From positions 9,052,001 through 9,116,000 of the forward strand of contig OZ059897.1 in assembly GCA_964057225.1 (NCBI GenBank): a stretch of DNA of 64,000 bases. The letters are read 5' to 3'. This document shows positions 51,595-64,000 of the stretch, one piece after another. This stretch comes from Auanema rhodensis. Taxonomy: Eukaryota > Animalia > Nematoda. The translations under genes and the position numbers were made by a program. Position 1 is the stretch's first letter. Each line of letters starts with the position of its first letter. The notes under the pieces are model-generated. The model saw only the letters and a list, made by a program, of their open reading frames with translations. It ran no database searches and was not told the origin of the DNA.

Positions 51595-53434
51595 CCATCT
51601 CTCTATCTTTTTTTCTATCTATAAAGAGAGAGAGAGAAAGAGAGAAAGAGAGGAAATAAGAAAGAAATATGGTATATAAATGCTAGTGATGCAGCTTATA
51701 CTACTACTGCTTATTCAGTGAAAAAAAAAGATACAATAGAAAAGTACTAAGAACTAATTATATGAATTAGAAAAGAAAATTTTTTTATAAAAACGCCTAT
51801 GCAGCTTAAGCTTTAAAAACCTTCACATATACATAAGAAGAATGTTAGCTTATTAAGAATGTTTGAATGAAGAGTAAAATACATTGACTTTTGCTAATCA
51901 TTAATTGAACTTTTATTCTTAAGAAAGAGCATTTTTCTTTTTTAGGATTTAAGAAATCAATTAATGATTTGATAAAGTACAAAGAAGAAGTAAAGAAAAA
52001 CATATAGTTAATATATAAATTTAATACAGTATTCATCTATAGAAGTAGAGAGATATGCATAAATTTGGTTTTGAAAACCCAGCAATTGAGCAGTAAATTG
52101 GTAATTTCGTCAAGGTGACAAAATTTGATGAAAAAAAAGAAAATTGTAAATGAATAAACAGAAGAAGTAAAATAGAAATGAAGAAATAACTTTTATAAGA
52201 AATATGTATTGATAGTGAAAGATGAGATGAGATGAGGAAGTAAGAAATGACAATTTGTTTGAATTTTCATTGATTAATTATCTTCAAACAGTTACAAAAG
52301 AAAAGAACAACAAGATAAATTGAACTATCCATTGGGAAAATAACAAAAATAATTTTTTTTTTCATAAAACAATATTTTATTGTGAAAAAAAAAATTGGAA
52401 AAACTAGATAACACAAGCTGTTAGTGCATAAAACAAGAAGAACACAATCACATTATGCTTGATGGAAAAAGGATGATGATGATGATGATGATGAAATGCT
52501 GTCATCATTCCATTTGTTGTAATTAAAGTTCTGATTTTAGGTAATTTGATATAAAAGCAAATAATAATAAAAGGAAATTGAGAAGCTGTTACTTGTCCTC
52601 TTAGTCGGAAAAATATTTCATAGGATGTGTATGCTTTGCAAGAATCATTACGTGCTTTTTCTTTCTTTCTTTTTTCGTTTTTTTTTAAGAAGAAAGAATA
52701 CTCAAATACATAGACACATATACAGCTATCAAACACAATCTAATAGCCAAAATCAGTTTGTAAACAGAATAATTAATGAAAAAATTAGTTTTTCTTACTA
52801 ATCAATTGAATATTATTTTGGAAAAATCGGAGAAATTAGGAAATATTTGAATTATTTGGAAAAAAAAGAGAATATCTCTACAAAGTTTGCATCATTAATC
52901 ATTCAGTAACAAAAAAATGATTAAAATGAACAAATTGAAGTAAGGGAATCAGAAAGTTTAAAAATCAGAATATAATAAGAGAAGCTGGTAAATAGAAAAT
53001 GAGTGACAAGGCTTCGAAAAAAGAAAAAAAGGAAAAAAAACTTTTGGGTGGCCTTCAGAGGGTTATTTGAAGATTTATGATAAGTTGACGGACAGAATGT
53101 GGCATCCAAATCAATAGAAAAGGAAAAATAAGTTTTTGTTTCTACTATCTCACACATAATACATCTTTTTTCTTTTATTTCTATTAACTATATATAACTA
53201 TACGTTATAAGTATTCCAACATTTCTATGCATAGCAGTGTGGCGAGGTTTTGAAAGAACATCGTTTCCTTACTTCATTCTGAATGGGATAACCCAAAAGA
53301 AACGGAAGTGATGACGAAAAGCCATTACAATGCATTTTTTTGGTTGAAAAAGCAGTAAGGAGATATGGAATTAGTTTCTTCGAAGAATCGAAAACCTACC
53401 TAAAGCCGGCATCACCGAATTTGCGGCGAAGCAT
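36315..53434 (-). CDS. pde-4: cAMP-specific phosphodiesterase PDE4/dunce family (isoform starting [12 protein letters not shown])
   Basis: Exons 53434-53400, 49483-49390 ([24 protein letters not shown]1 C-half), 48575-48473, 46914-46838 ([29 protein letters not shown]2), 41554-41492 ([12 protein letters not shown]), 41373-41290, 39763-39593, 39530-39282 ([10 protein letters not shown]), 39231-39132 (AIHDVDHPG), 39083-38929, 36946-36824, 36775-36593 ([11 protein letters not shown]), 36539-36315 ([11 protein letters not shown]). All junctions are phase-consistent. The first exon is inferred from its ATG, donor and phase. Confidence 0.94.
40777..40816 (+). repeat. (AG)n microsatellite in pde-4 intron
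   Basis: About 20 AG units. Confidence 0.95.
45634..45701 (+). repeat. (GA)n microsatellite in pde-4 intron
   Basis: About 33 perfect GA units. Confidence 0.95.
48314..48335 (-). CDS. pde-4: Candidate alternative first micro-exon of pde-4 (MLQANVK, phase 1)
   Basis: ATG TTG CAA GCT AAC GTG AAA G|GTAAGT; phase 1 matches the UCR2 exon at 46914 (gives MLQANVK-EELDWCL). Confidence 0.4.
50511..50531 (+). repeat. G21 homopolymer (G-quadruplex-capable)
   Basis: 21 consecutive G in an AT-rich intron. Confidence 0.9.
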
Positions 53435-56400
53435 GGCTGACTAGCTCAACACAGCTTGTGTGTTGTGTTGCACAGCAGAGAGACGAAATATGGGTCCCGG
53501 GCGTGTGGAAAGAAGGGAGAAAAGGGAGGTGGGAGAGGCTTTCTCTCTCTTACTCTCTTTCTCTCTCTTTCTCTCTCTCTCTCTCTTCTCCTCTCTTTAT
53601 ATATCTTTCTCTATCGTATGGCGTGTTTCTCCTTGCTATCTCTTTTTGGCTCGTGACGACCAAAAAGACGACGAGATATTACGTACAGAACTAGAAATTA
53701 AAAAGCCAAATATGGAATCGGAGAACGTCAGATGGAGATTCAGTTAGTGACTGAATAAGAGAGAGAATAAGAGAGAAAGAATGAAAACTTGAAGAATAAG
53801 ACGAAGAAGTTGCCCCAGGGAAAACGACTATTTAGACGAAGGGCACAAGCCGAAAGAGAATGTGACTCTCGAGGTAAAGCTGTCGTGTGTTGCTTGAAAA
53901 TTAGTTAACTGACGAACTTGAATGAAGTATGGTCGTCAGAGCACAGAGAAAAGAAAATGGTATCAATCGAATGAAGTCTTTTCTCTTAAGTTATAAAGCT
54001 CAGAATATCTAGTTTATGAATAATAGAAATAATAATTTTGGTAAGCAACTTAGCAGAAATTAAGTTTGCTGCCACGATATGTAACAGAATCTCCTTAATT
54101 CAACAGTTTTTTCTCGTTTGAGCCGTTGGATATTCTCTTACTCAAAGCTACCTTGGCAGTTTGAGACGTATGAGAGATGTGGAGTAGGGAGAGTATGGAA
54201 GAATGTTAGAACAGGGAGCTGAAAAGGAGAAAAAGCAATGACGGACGAGGCGAAAGGGGGTGGAGCTATGAGAAGGGTGGAGAAGAGAGAATTAAAGAGG
54301 AAGAGGAAGCAGAGACACAAACGAGAAGAGGCAAGAAAGCTGGTAGTAAGTAGATGGATCAAAAGAAAGTTGACGTCGAGAATATATTTCTTTTTTTCTT
54401 GAATCTCGCTTAGCGATCGAAGCAGCTGATGTGAACTAGCAATGACTTGGGTGGTCTGTTGCTGTATTTCAATGTTGTCGTTCCAATAGCTTGTTTCAAT
54501 AACGAATGTGCGCAGTCGTTCTTCTTCTTGTCACCTGTGTCGTCTGCTGAGACGCTGACAGATTAGATCGATGAAGCTTCCGCTCAGCTGGTATTATCAA
54601 ACGGTATGGGCGGTTTGTGATGCTGGCTAGCTGTCAGATGTTTTAATGAAATTAGGTGTTCGATGATGGGTCACTGGCAAGCAAATTGAAGAAGAGGCTT
54701 ATCTCGGATACTTCCTTCAGTATCAAATAAATGTTGTTAACGACAATTTGGGGTACGTAAGCCGTAAGCTGTTGGCTTGCAGTATTAGATCAACTTGAAT
54801 ATAAAAGAACGAAAATCGTCTTTTTTTTGCTTGACTGAAGTTATGCTGTAGTGAATGACAACTTGAAACTTTTTCTCAGAAGTTAGACTGAAGTCAAGTA
54901 GTTGTCCAAAAATTGGAGAAGCTAACAAGACAGACGAATAAATTCAGTTTCGCCTGTTTCAAGAAAACTGCTCAGATGATGCTTATGGAAGGTCTCTTTG
55001 AACTGCAGTCAATGAAGTTCGAATAAAGCCGAACAGAGTGCGTCGTAGCAGGGTGCCCAATTTGCACGATGTATGTAACGGATGACGGAACAAGAAACTG
55101 CATCTTCTGCTCAATATAAACTGATGAAAGAGTTCCTGAAGCATCCAGATTGTAGGTTCATAATCAAGCTTCCGCAGTTAGTTCAGCAAACGAAGAAAAA
55201 ATATGTTTATTTGACAAAGCCAAACAAACGAAACAATTTTTCTTCCAAGTAGTTTCGAAAGGACACTAGTCGAATAACAAAGGCTTTGAACTGTTGAATG
55301 ATATTTCTACATAGTTTACATATGAATTATGGCGTTTTGACCTAATCACATAGACAACAAGAGAAGAGAAGACGAAAAAAATCAAAGTGGAAGTTGTTTT
55401 CTGAAATTGTCTTTCATCTAAAAAACTTCTTGTTTAGCTTGTTTTTTCCTGCGTTCTCTTTTGTGTTTCTGATAGTTTCACTTACAATTAGTTTATGATG
55501 ACGTTTGTTCAAATGATTTGTCGAAAAAAACTAAATGAACGTGTTCCAAAAATGTCTCTCTCTCTTTCAATCTCTCTCTCTTAGTCTCTCTCTCTCTCTC
55601 TTGTGTACTTCTTGTTCTCTCAATTAGAAGATAGGGTTGGTGCTTCTCTTGCTCGTCCTAAGGTGTCTCTTGTTCTCCATTTCTTTATTTAAAGATTTTT
55701 AGAAAATAATTCATTTGAATTATGATTTTTTCAGTAAAACTGATGTATGTATTCGCTAAATTCATATATTGTACAAATTCTTTTCTTTGTTTTCAATATG
55801 TCTAACCCCCTTCCCCTCTCACCCCTTCCTCTCTCCCCTCCTTTCTCGTATTCCCATCTATTCAATAAGTTTTCTTTTTTTCTTTAGCTTAGATTAAGTC
55901 TACCAAGATTTCTAGATGTCTTCAACCACGTCTCGAAAATAGTATAATAGATTAAAAGGATATAGAAGAGAAGCGGGGACGAATAGGACTAACATGAATA
56001 CATCTCTCCCTCTCTATATATATATATATGTATGTATAGTATAGTATACAATATTATATATATATATATATAGTATATTCTTATCTAGTACCAGTCAAAC
56101 TTCAATGAGACTTTTAGCTATTACAATGGCAAGTGAAGAAGAACTGAACACATCTATTCTCATTAAGTCTGTGAATCAAACTGCCCCACACAGAATACCA
56201 ATTGATTGTCGTCTATGGATAATTCTATGAGTAATGAGGTGAGATTAGAGTTAACTAACCGTTAACTAATGCCAACTAACATCATTGAAATGAAGTTTTA
56301 TATCAAAAGTTTTCGGCAAAATAATTCGCAAGGTGATGAGATTGAAAAACAATTTGCCAAGTCAGTTGCCATCAACTGATTTTAGATCAAAATCAGCAAA

Positions 56401-59400
56401 TAATGTAAGAGTGAAATTTGAATATAACATAGAAATATTCTCAGAAATTTAGTTTGGGCTATGAGATCTTGCATATCTTTTCAATATTTGTCATAATTTT
56501 TGTTTAGTTTTCTAGAATCTGCCTTTGATTTTGAAGAATAATGCGTTGTATCGTTCAATTATTCATTTTATTTCTTTATCTTACACGTCTAACAAGTTGT
56601 TTATTAGTCTATTTCAAATAGTTTTCATTTCTATTTTCTCTCTCTGTTTCTCTCTCTATCTCTCTCTCTCTCTCTCTCTTTCCCTCTGTCTCTTCCTTTT
56701 ACTCTTATTCACATTTTTTGTAAAAAAAAAACCAAACAACAAATACAAAAAGAAAACAATTTTTTCCTCAATAGATTCACTAGGTATGCCAGCTGTGCCC
56801 AGGACAAGTGGAGAAGCTGATACCAAGATGCATTTGCGCCTGGTCTGGTCTTTTCTCAAGCGATTACCAGCAAAAACAGAAAGTTAGTCAACGCCAATTA
56901 CGAGAAGACATTGAATTTGCCATTTTTCCAAAAAAAAAATAAAAAGAAATCAGAAATTGGCGAGAAATATACAAGAAGAATATATCTCAAATAATTTTTA
57001 TTTTATTTCGAAAACTAGCTTTGCGTTTGATTTTCTCAATATTCGTAGTGATAATCAGCTGATTTTGATATAAAGAGCGATTGAGTTTTCGTTTTTTTTC
57101 TTTTCGTGACTTTTCTTTTATCAAAATAATAATCAAGTGAAGCAGGATATGTAATGAGATGTTAACAAATCTTTGAGGTAAGTTGTAATAAACAAGAGAA
57201 GTGATGAAAATTTCCGATAAAATGAACTCATAATGCTTGTTAGAACAGTGACTATCTGCAAGAGTTTTGCAGCCCAAAGAACAGGAAGTAATCAGACACA
57301 CACGTCAAACATGTGCCGTCCGATGTCAGCATTAGTCTTTCAGCATTTTTTTTTCTTTTCTTCATCCATTTTTGAAATAAACTGTTGAACTCACATCCGC
57401 CAGTTTATTGCATATGAATTTTCACGTGTACACGTGTAAATGGGTCGTAAATTGATAAAAAAAATTCATTTTTTTTATAGAAGTCAATAGACCGGTTGTT
57501 TCTCATACAAACTCTTTTACTCTTAACATTTCTCTTTTTCTCTTTTTCTCTCTTTTACACACGCTGTTTCTCTAGTTCTCTATCAAACAAATGCTTCTTT
57601 TCACAAAACGAGCAGGCGTAAAAAATATTTTATGAATGTATATCATCATCATCATCATCAAACAAATCAAATAACTTCGATTTCTCATGATTTAATGACT
57701 TTCTATACTATGTTTTGTGGGGGGTAAAAGTATGTAGTTCTGTAGAAATCGACTATATACTTTCATTTAATAATGCTTATTCAACACAATTTCACTTTAT
57801 ATTATGTGAGAATGAGATCTTCAAAACATGATGATCGAACGCTTATCATAGTTGTACATAAGCATATCTCATCAACATTCACATCAATGTGATGATAAAT
57901 TGATGAAAACGTTTGAAAAGAGGCGGAAGAAGAATAAGAATAGGAAGAAGACATAACGACTACCAATTCCTCGACCTGAGACGTGTACTCAAAAGAGTCG
58001 AAGCTCACGGCTGTGCAAATAATATTTTCACAGCTTTCAATACGAGGCCAGACAGACGTGGACACACATACATATACACACACGGCCACCACGATCATCA
58101 CCACGATGACGGCGACTACCATCAGTTGGTGATGGCCAATCGTGTGACGTCACACAGATACACACACATATGCGCATATGTGTGTAGAAAGAGAACTGCA
58201 TTATTCCTTTTTGGGAGCAAAAGAGGGAAAAAGGATTGCAAGAGGGGTTTGAATTGAAAGAGAAAGAGGTTAGAGAGGATAAGAGAAGAGGAGAGAGGGT
58301 TTCAGTGAACAATGAAATCTTTGAGCGGTCGGAAGCAAGAACAAAGAACCGGATATTGGTGTTGATGTGCTTTACATGAGCAAAACAGAAATAAAGGGGG
58401 GAGATGTACACATACTCATGGATCTATAAGTTCAGTTTATGTGGTCTCATCTATACTCTTCTTAACATATAGTAGTAGTTTCATCTTTATATGTCTCATC
58501 TCTTATCTATTCTCATACAGCATAGTATACATGATATATCTTCTGATTAAAAATACATAAGATATACATATGCTTATATGAAAAGACATATATATCAAAC
58601 AGTTATTCATCTTTACATTTTTAATTTTACGTTTAAACTTTAAACTTTAAACTTCAAATGAACAATGTATCATTTCTGGTCTTCATGTTCGTGTCTTCAT
58701 TGTCATTTCACTCATTTTTCAGTCAATGAGCTGCAATGAGACATAGATTCTGTGCAAGATCGACTACTACTAGCTCATCAGATAGATGGTCAGAGTTATT
58801 TATATGTCTACTACTATAAAGAAAACATAATATTTCTATATATACTAACAGATCTAAATGCCTATATTGACAACAAAAAAAACTTTTTTATCTTCATGAT
58901 TCTGGAGAAGACTAATTTTCATGAAAAAGCATCGAAAGCTGATAATGATATGATGAAACTTCTTAGAAGTTTATTTACTGATAATGTTGTTGCGTACAAG
59001 TAAATTCTTTTTGAAGAAATTTAAAAGTTATGATTTAAGTATTAAGATTAAACTTTGAAACTTAAGCATAAAACTTGCTCAAGTTGAACATAAAGATAAA
59101 AATATTATATTTATTTTAATTATTTGATGATTTCTAAGCTTTGTATAGTTAGTTATTGAACGAGATTATCGTAAAACTCTTCAAAGCAAATTGGGGATAG
59201 GAAACAAGTCCGGAATCTCAAATTCCGTTTTTACTGACTTAGTTGATGGTGCTGCTCGTATTTTTCAGCTAAAATATATTTTAACCGAATAACTATTGTT
59301 GAACCAAAATTTCAACTTCAATTTTTTTTCCAAAAAAATACGATGATGAAAGTGATGAAGTTGGTAATGCGGCTGAATTTAGAACTTCTTTTTTTGGGCG

Positions 59401-60946
59401 AATTTGTTTCTTTCTTTCAGTAAAAAAAATACTTTGAAAGATATACGAATAGGAAAATGCTTGAAGTCAAGCTGAAAGTTCCAAAAAAAATGCATATGAT
59501 TTTAGCAGAAAAAAAAACACTCCATGCGAAGATTTCGCGGTATTTCAAGAACAACTGTGCCATGTAAGAATAACAACGGCTGAAATTCAAAGCAGAAATA
59601 TATGTATCTCTATCAATATACATTTTTTAAGAAAAAAATATTTCAAATGAATGAAAACAATACGAAAATGGGGGTAGAATATAGCTCTTGTCTTGTAGTA
59701 AGTAAGTTAGAAGAACAAGAATTCGTAGTCCTTTACGCGAACATCACGTGGATAATCAGGTACTATGCTCACATATTACTAAGTTTTAATGAAAATCAGT
59801 TGATTTTACTGTCAATTTAACTTTCAGAAAGAAAAGGTACAAAGAGAGAGAGAGAGAGGGAGAGAGAGAGGGAGAGGGAGAGACAAAGAGAAAGAGACAT
59901 AGAGAGAGAGAGAGAGAGAGAGAGAGTATGTGATAATTTGAAATTTTAGAAACATGACGTTTGTTATATACTGGTTACTAGTTCGTAGAAGACTACCGAT
60001 TTCTCGATATAGGTATAGTAATATCAGATAGTTAAGCATATCCATATAATATTGAGTAATTCTAGAAAATACTTCTAAACTCACTTTGTTTTTTTATGAA
60101 GATGTCGCGAAAAGAATGACATGATGATGGAACTTTCTGGATAATTTTTTCCAAATATCTAATCAACATATATATATTGGATTAAATATTATTAATCAAT
60201 ATGTATATACAATAATTCAAAAAAGGTAAAACATGATATAATCGAAAAAAAAGTGAAGCAAGCGCAAGTACTTGGTTTTTTTCTGGGAGTCTAAACTGGT
60301 TTCGCGACCAGAAAGCGGCTGCCGCCCGCTGCTGGAGGCTAATAACTGAGCTTGGAGCTCTAGCTGGGAGGCAAAATGCAACTGCACAAACAGGCCGAAA
60401 AGGATGCAGTTGGTCAAAGGTTTAGAGAGTTTGGACTAGATTGTGAGCTGTTGAAGAGCTCAAAATTGTTAGTAACCAAATAGGATATACCCTTTTTTAG
60501 GAGATTTTACTATAAAAACAATCTAAATTGCAACAAAATGAATTTTTTTTTTGAAAAATATATAAGTTTGAGAATAGAGAAGAGTTGTTGGCTCCGTGAG
60601 CAACAGATGATCCGCTTACTTGTGTTGCTATACTGCTGAGTAAAATGATTCAGATACACATAGGTAGTGAAGTAGGATGAAAAATATTGGAAAGGAAAAT
60701 ATAACTTGGAATGAGGAAAAGAAAGAAGAAAGAATTTCACCAGAAAATCTTCAAAAAAACTAAAAACGTTGATGGTTGAGTTACATATACAAGACCGTAT
60801 CTAAGAAATTATGGAGAGAAATCAATGGTAACGTGGCGTTGTGTGAGCAGTGGTGTTAATCAACATGTAAGACTTTAAAGGAGAACAATGGCCATCGTCT
60901 GAACTGACATCGTCTGACTGTTCAGCATGCAATTCCGGCTACTTAC

Positions 60947-61083
60947 CCACACAGATGAAAAATGTCCTGATGTGCACCATGCTTTACGGATTCTGCAGCC
61001 GAACACTTGACGAACGGACGTACACCATCGGCGTTGTCGTCACGATCATCAGGTGTTGTTGGCGGAGTGGTCGGACGACTCAT
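60947..61083 (-). CDS. pde-4: Candidate alternative first exon of pde-4 (MSRPTTPPTTPDDRDDNADGVRPFVKCSAAESVKHGAHQDIFHLC-G)
   Basis: GC-rich 45-codon frame ending GG|GTAAGT, phase 2, matching the exon at 49483 ([10 protein letters not shown]). In-frame stops lie upstream of the ATG. Confidence 0.6.
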
Positions 61084-64000
61084 CCGTCTTCTCTCGGCCT
61101 GGCTCTGACCGTCTGGAGAAGAGCAGGATGGTAATGGTTGAGACAGAGTAACCAGAAAGGGGGGGGGTAGACCTGGCAGCAGTCGTCAGAATCAGAATCA
61201 GTGTGTCAGATGATGACCGTAAAAGGACAGAAAGGACTCGTGATGCTGATTGGTCGTCAGAGATAGGGTTGCAAGAAAAGACGGTGATATGAAAAAAGGA
61301 AAATCAGAAGTATCTGAAGGGAGAAGGCTTCCGTTGGCTATGACGACGACGAAGCTATCGTCCACGTCAACGAAAACACTGCTTAAAGTGGTAAAAGCGG
61401 TAGCTTTTCTTTATTTCTTCTTTATACTTCTGATCTCATCACCATCGTCATACTTCATCTATATTATCATTTTTTTCTTCTTCTTCTCCTCTTTCTTCAT
61501 CTTCTCTCTGCTTCTCTGCAACTATTCTTCATTATGGCCATCATGATTGTCTTCTCATTCTTTTCTTTTTCTTTTTATTCTCTGCATTTTCTTTCCATCT
61601 ATCTTCCACCTAAGATACCTGGGCATACTGCTTGGATGACGTCGATCATTGACATCTTCGTTGGTTGTCATTGTTCTCGTTGACAATAATTCAGATCATC
61701 CTTTTCTCTCATTAATATAAGATATATAGATCATATTATGTATAATACGTATAATTAATTTATATCTTATATCTAGTTAACTTTATAAATATAAATACAA
61801 ACTTTTTTAAACAAGAAATAGTATGTCTGACTGTTTATGTGTAGTTGTTCTACGACGACGACGACGACGACGTCTTCTGCATTCCCTTCACTACGAACTA
61901 GACTAAAGACTGTCGTCGTTTTCTAATTAACAGAAATGTCAGTCATAACGACAGCCAGGAGGACGTCGGCTAGCCTTTTCCACCGGAAGTGTGATACCGT
62001 AAGACAGACACTTGTTTCTTGTTCGACGTAGCTATCTTCATCAGTGTCACCGCCAAGACAATCATCCTCATCGACGTTGTCGTGCTGATGCAGCTTGTCA
62101 TCGTCATCAGTGTAGTCACAACTCTTTATCGTTCAGAGTCGAAGTGGAATCAGACAACAAAACGAAACTAAAAGTACCAAGTTCATACTTTCATATGAAC
62201 TGTTAAACCACAATCATCAAGAGTTTTCGTAATACAATTTTGATTGGCAAATGTTGGTATTACAAAGGAATTTGATAGCTATCTCTATAATCCGACGAAA
62301 CAAAAGTTTTATGAAGCACGGAGATGGAAGTAACTTTTTGCAGTCCAAAATTGACAGCAAGTTTTCTTTAGACATTGACAACGAAGTGCCACTTTTCGTC
62401 TTTTTTTTGACATTTTCTAAGCTTGAAAAGTACAAAGTTTGAATCAAAAATAGACGATATTAATTGTATCTCGTTAATTTGAAGAGGAAGATTCTTGAAT
62501 TTCGAGAATCTTTTTTTTTCTCAACGACATGACATCATCAGGATATGCTCATGAATACACATGTACTTGTCAATGTTTCAAGTGGTATAAGACGATAGAG
62601 AATATATGGATATCTTCTTTTACATAATTTAATCTTCTTTATCTTTAAATCACTTTCCTTAAAATATCAAATTGGTATTGAGAGAGAGAGGAGAGAGAGA
62701 GAGAGAAAGAGAAATAGAGGGAGAGATGGAGAGATAGCGAGATTGTATGTACTATACATGTTCAGATTCACGTGATAAACACATGAAAAGGGAGAAGAAG
62801 TTTCAAGCTGATATACTCATAAATCATTTTTATAATAATGCATTTTGAAGAAAAAAAATAAAAAAATGACTATCGAATTGTGACCATAAAGCTTAGAAAG
62901 CAGAAACAGTGTAATAAGCATTAGATATTGCTGTTTAAGGTTTGATGAAAAGACTACTAGGCAGGGATAACTTTAAAACTTGAACAAGTTTCTCACCTTA
63001 AACTCTGTGACTTTGCTAGAAAACTTGACTTCCGAGTACATTTTGGACGTGGCCTAAATCCAATTACGGCAGTATAGAAGAATGTGTAGAAAAGGTAAAT
63101 GTACAGCAAGATGTGATAGCGTTTTTTTTGTTTTTTTTTGTTTTTTTAAATAAAAAAAATTGAGAAATAAAACTTTTATGTTTAAATTAGTTTGAAATTT
63201 CATTGATGCTGCTGTCTACTAACCGATTTGTTGGATATGTTTGTTGCCGAGAAAATACCTGATTCGGTAGGCGAGTTGGTTGTGATGAAAGCCGACATAA
63301 AACTGTGGCAGGCATCTATTTAGAGTTTAGAAAAAATTGAAAAAAATGTATTTTTTTTCTAGGAACGTATGAAAAAAAAACGAAAAATTACGGAGACAAA
63401 TCAGAAATCATGTAAATATATAAGATTTAAGTAAAGTTTGAGAAATTACGTAGCGGGCTTGACTCGATGGCTAATGAGCAAGTGAGTTATGTTTGGGTTT
63501 CAAAAAGACAGAAAGTGTGAAAGAGTGAGAGAGAGAGAGAGATAGAGAGAGAGGGGGGGGAATAAGAGAGAATTCGTAGAGCTTAGTCGTATTTCTAGTT
63601 TAAGAAATCGATCTGATTTTTGGGATTATTGCTGCCAAAACAACAATGAAACCGTTTTAATTGTTTTTCCATAGCAGATAATTTGATAGTATACTATATG
63701 TAAAGAAAAATACATATAGTATATACATCTGAAGATGATGGAAATGGAAACATGACTTCATCATAAGAATGGCAAAAATTTAGAAAAATAATCTTTTCAA
63801 TAGAGATTATTAATAAAAATAATATTAATCTATATCTAATGTAAGATTAACATAGAAAAAAATATTTTAAAGACTGAAAATGATCAGAAAAAAATAAAAT
63901 TGGTGGATAGTAATGAGCAATAAAGAAAACAAACAACAACATCAACATGGAAAATAGAACTTATGTATATATGAATGCTTAAGAAATTGAGATGATAGTT

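Noticed and set aside
57802-58411. ORFs of about 100-124 aa on both strands near 58 kb
   Set aside because: Low-complexity (CAC/GAT/AC repeats) with no recognisable domain or splice sites; more likely regulatory DNA.

Overview
AT-rich eukaryotic genomic DNA, almost certainly a rhabditid nematode (TTTTCAG acceptors, many 40-55 nt introns, proteins closely resembling C. elegans ones). The ORF track is mostly uninformative because the genes are heavily spliced; the models here were spliced by hand. Left to right: the 3' part of the MAPK phosphatase vhp-1 (+; 5' exons lie before the window) with an apparent alternative first exon inside its large intron; a small two-exon secreted neuropeptide-precursor-like gene (-); eif-3.L (-) head-to-head with a USP25/28-like deubiquitinase (+); an uncharacterised gene with an FCH/F-BAR-like N-terminal fragment (-); the Bsh/BSX homeobox gene tab-1 (-); a tandem array of 11 identical tRNA-His(GTG) genes on a 157-bp period, each with a genomically encoded G-1; and the large cAMP phosphodiesterase gene pde-4 (-) with up to three phase-compatible alternative first exons. 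Most notable: the tRNA-His array and its internal structure, the docking-domain-less polybasic VHP-1 isoform, the unassigned -QRLamide neuropeptide, an AP-1 site cluster in vhp-1, and an exact 18-bp element bracketing the array region. No CRISPR, rRNA or intact transposon seen. Family assignments come from recalled motifs, not database searches.
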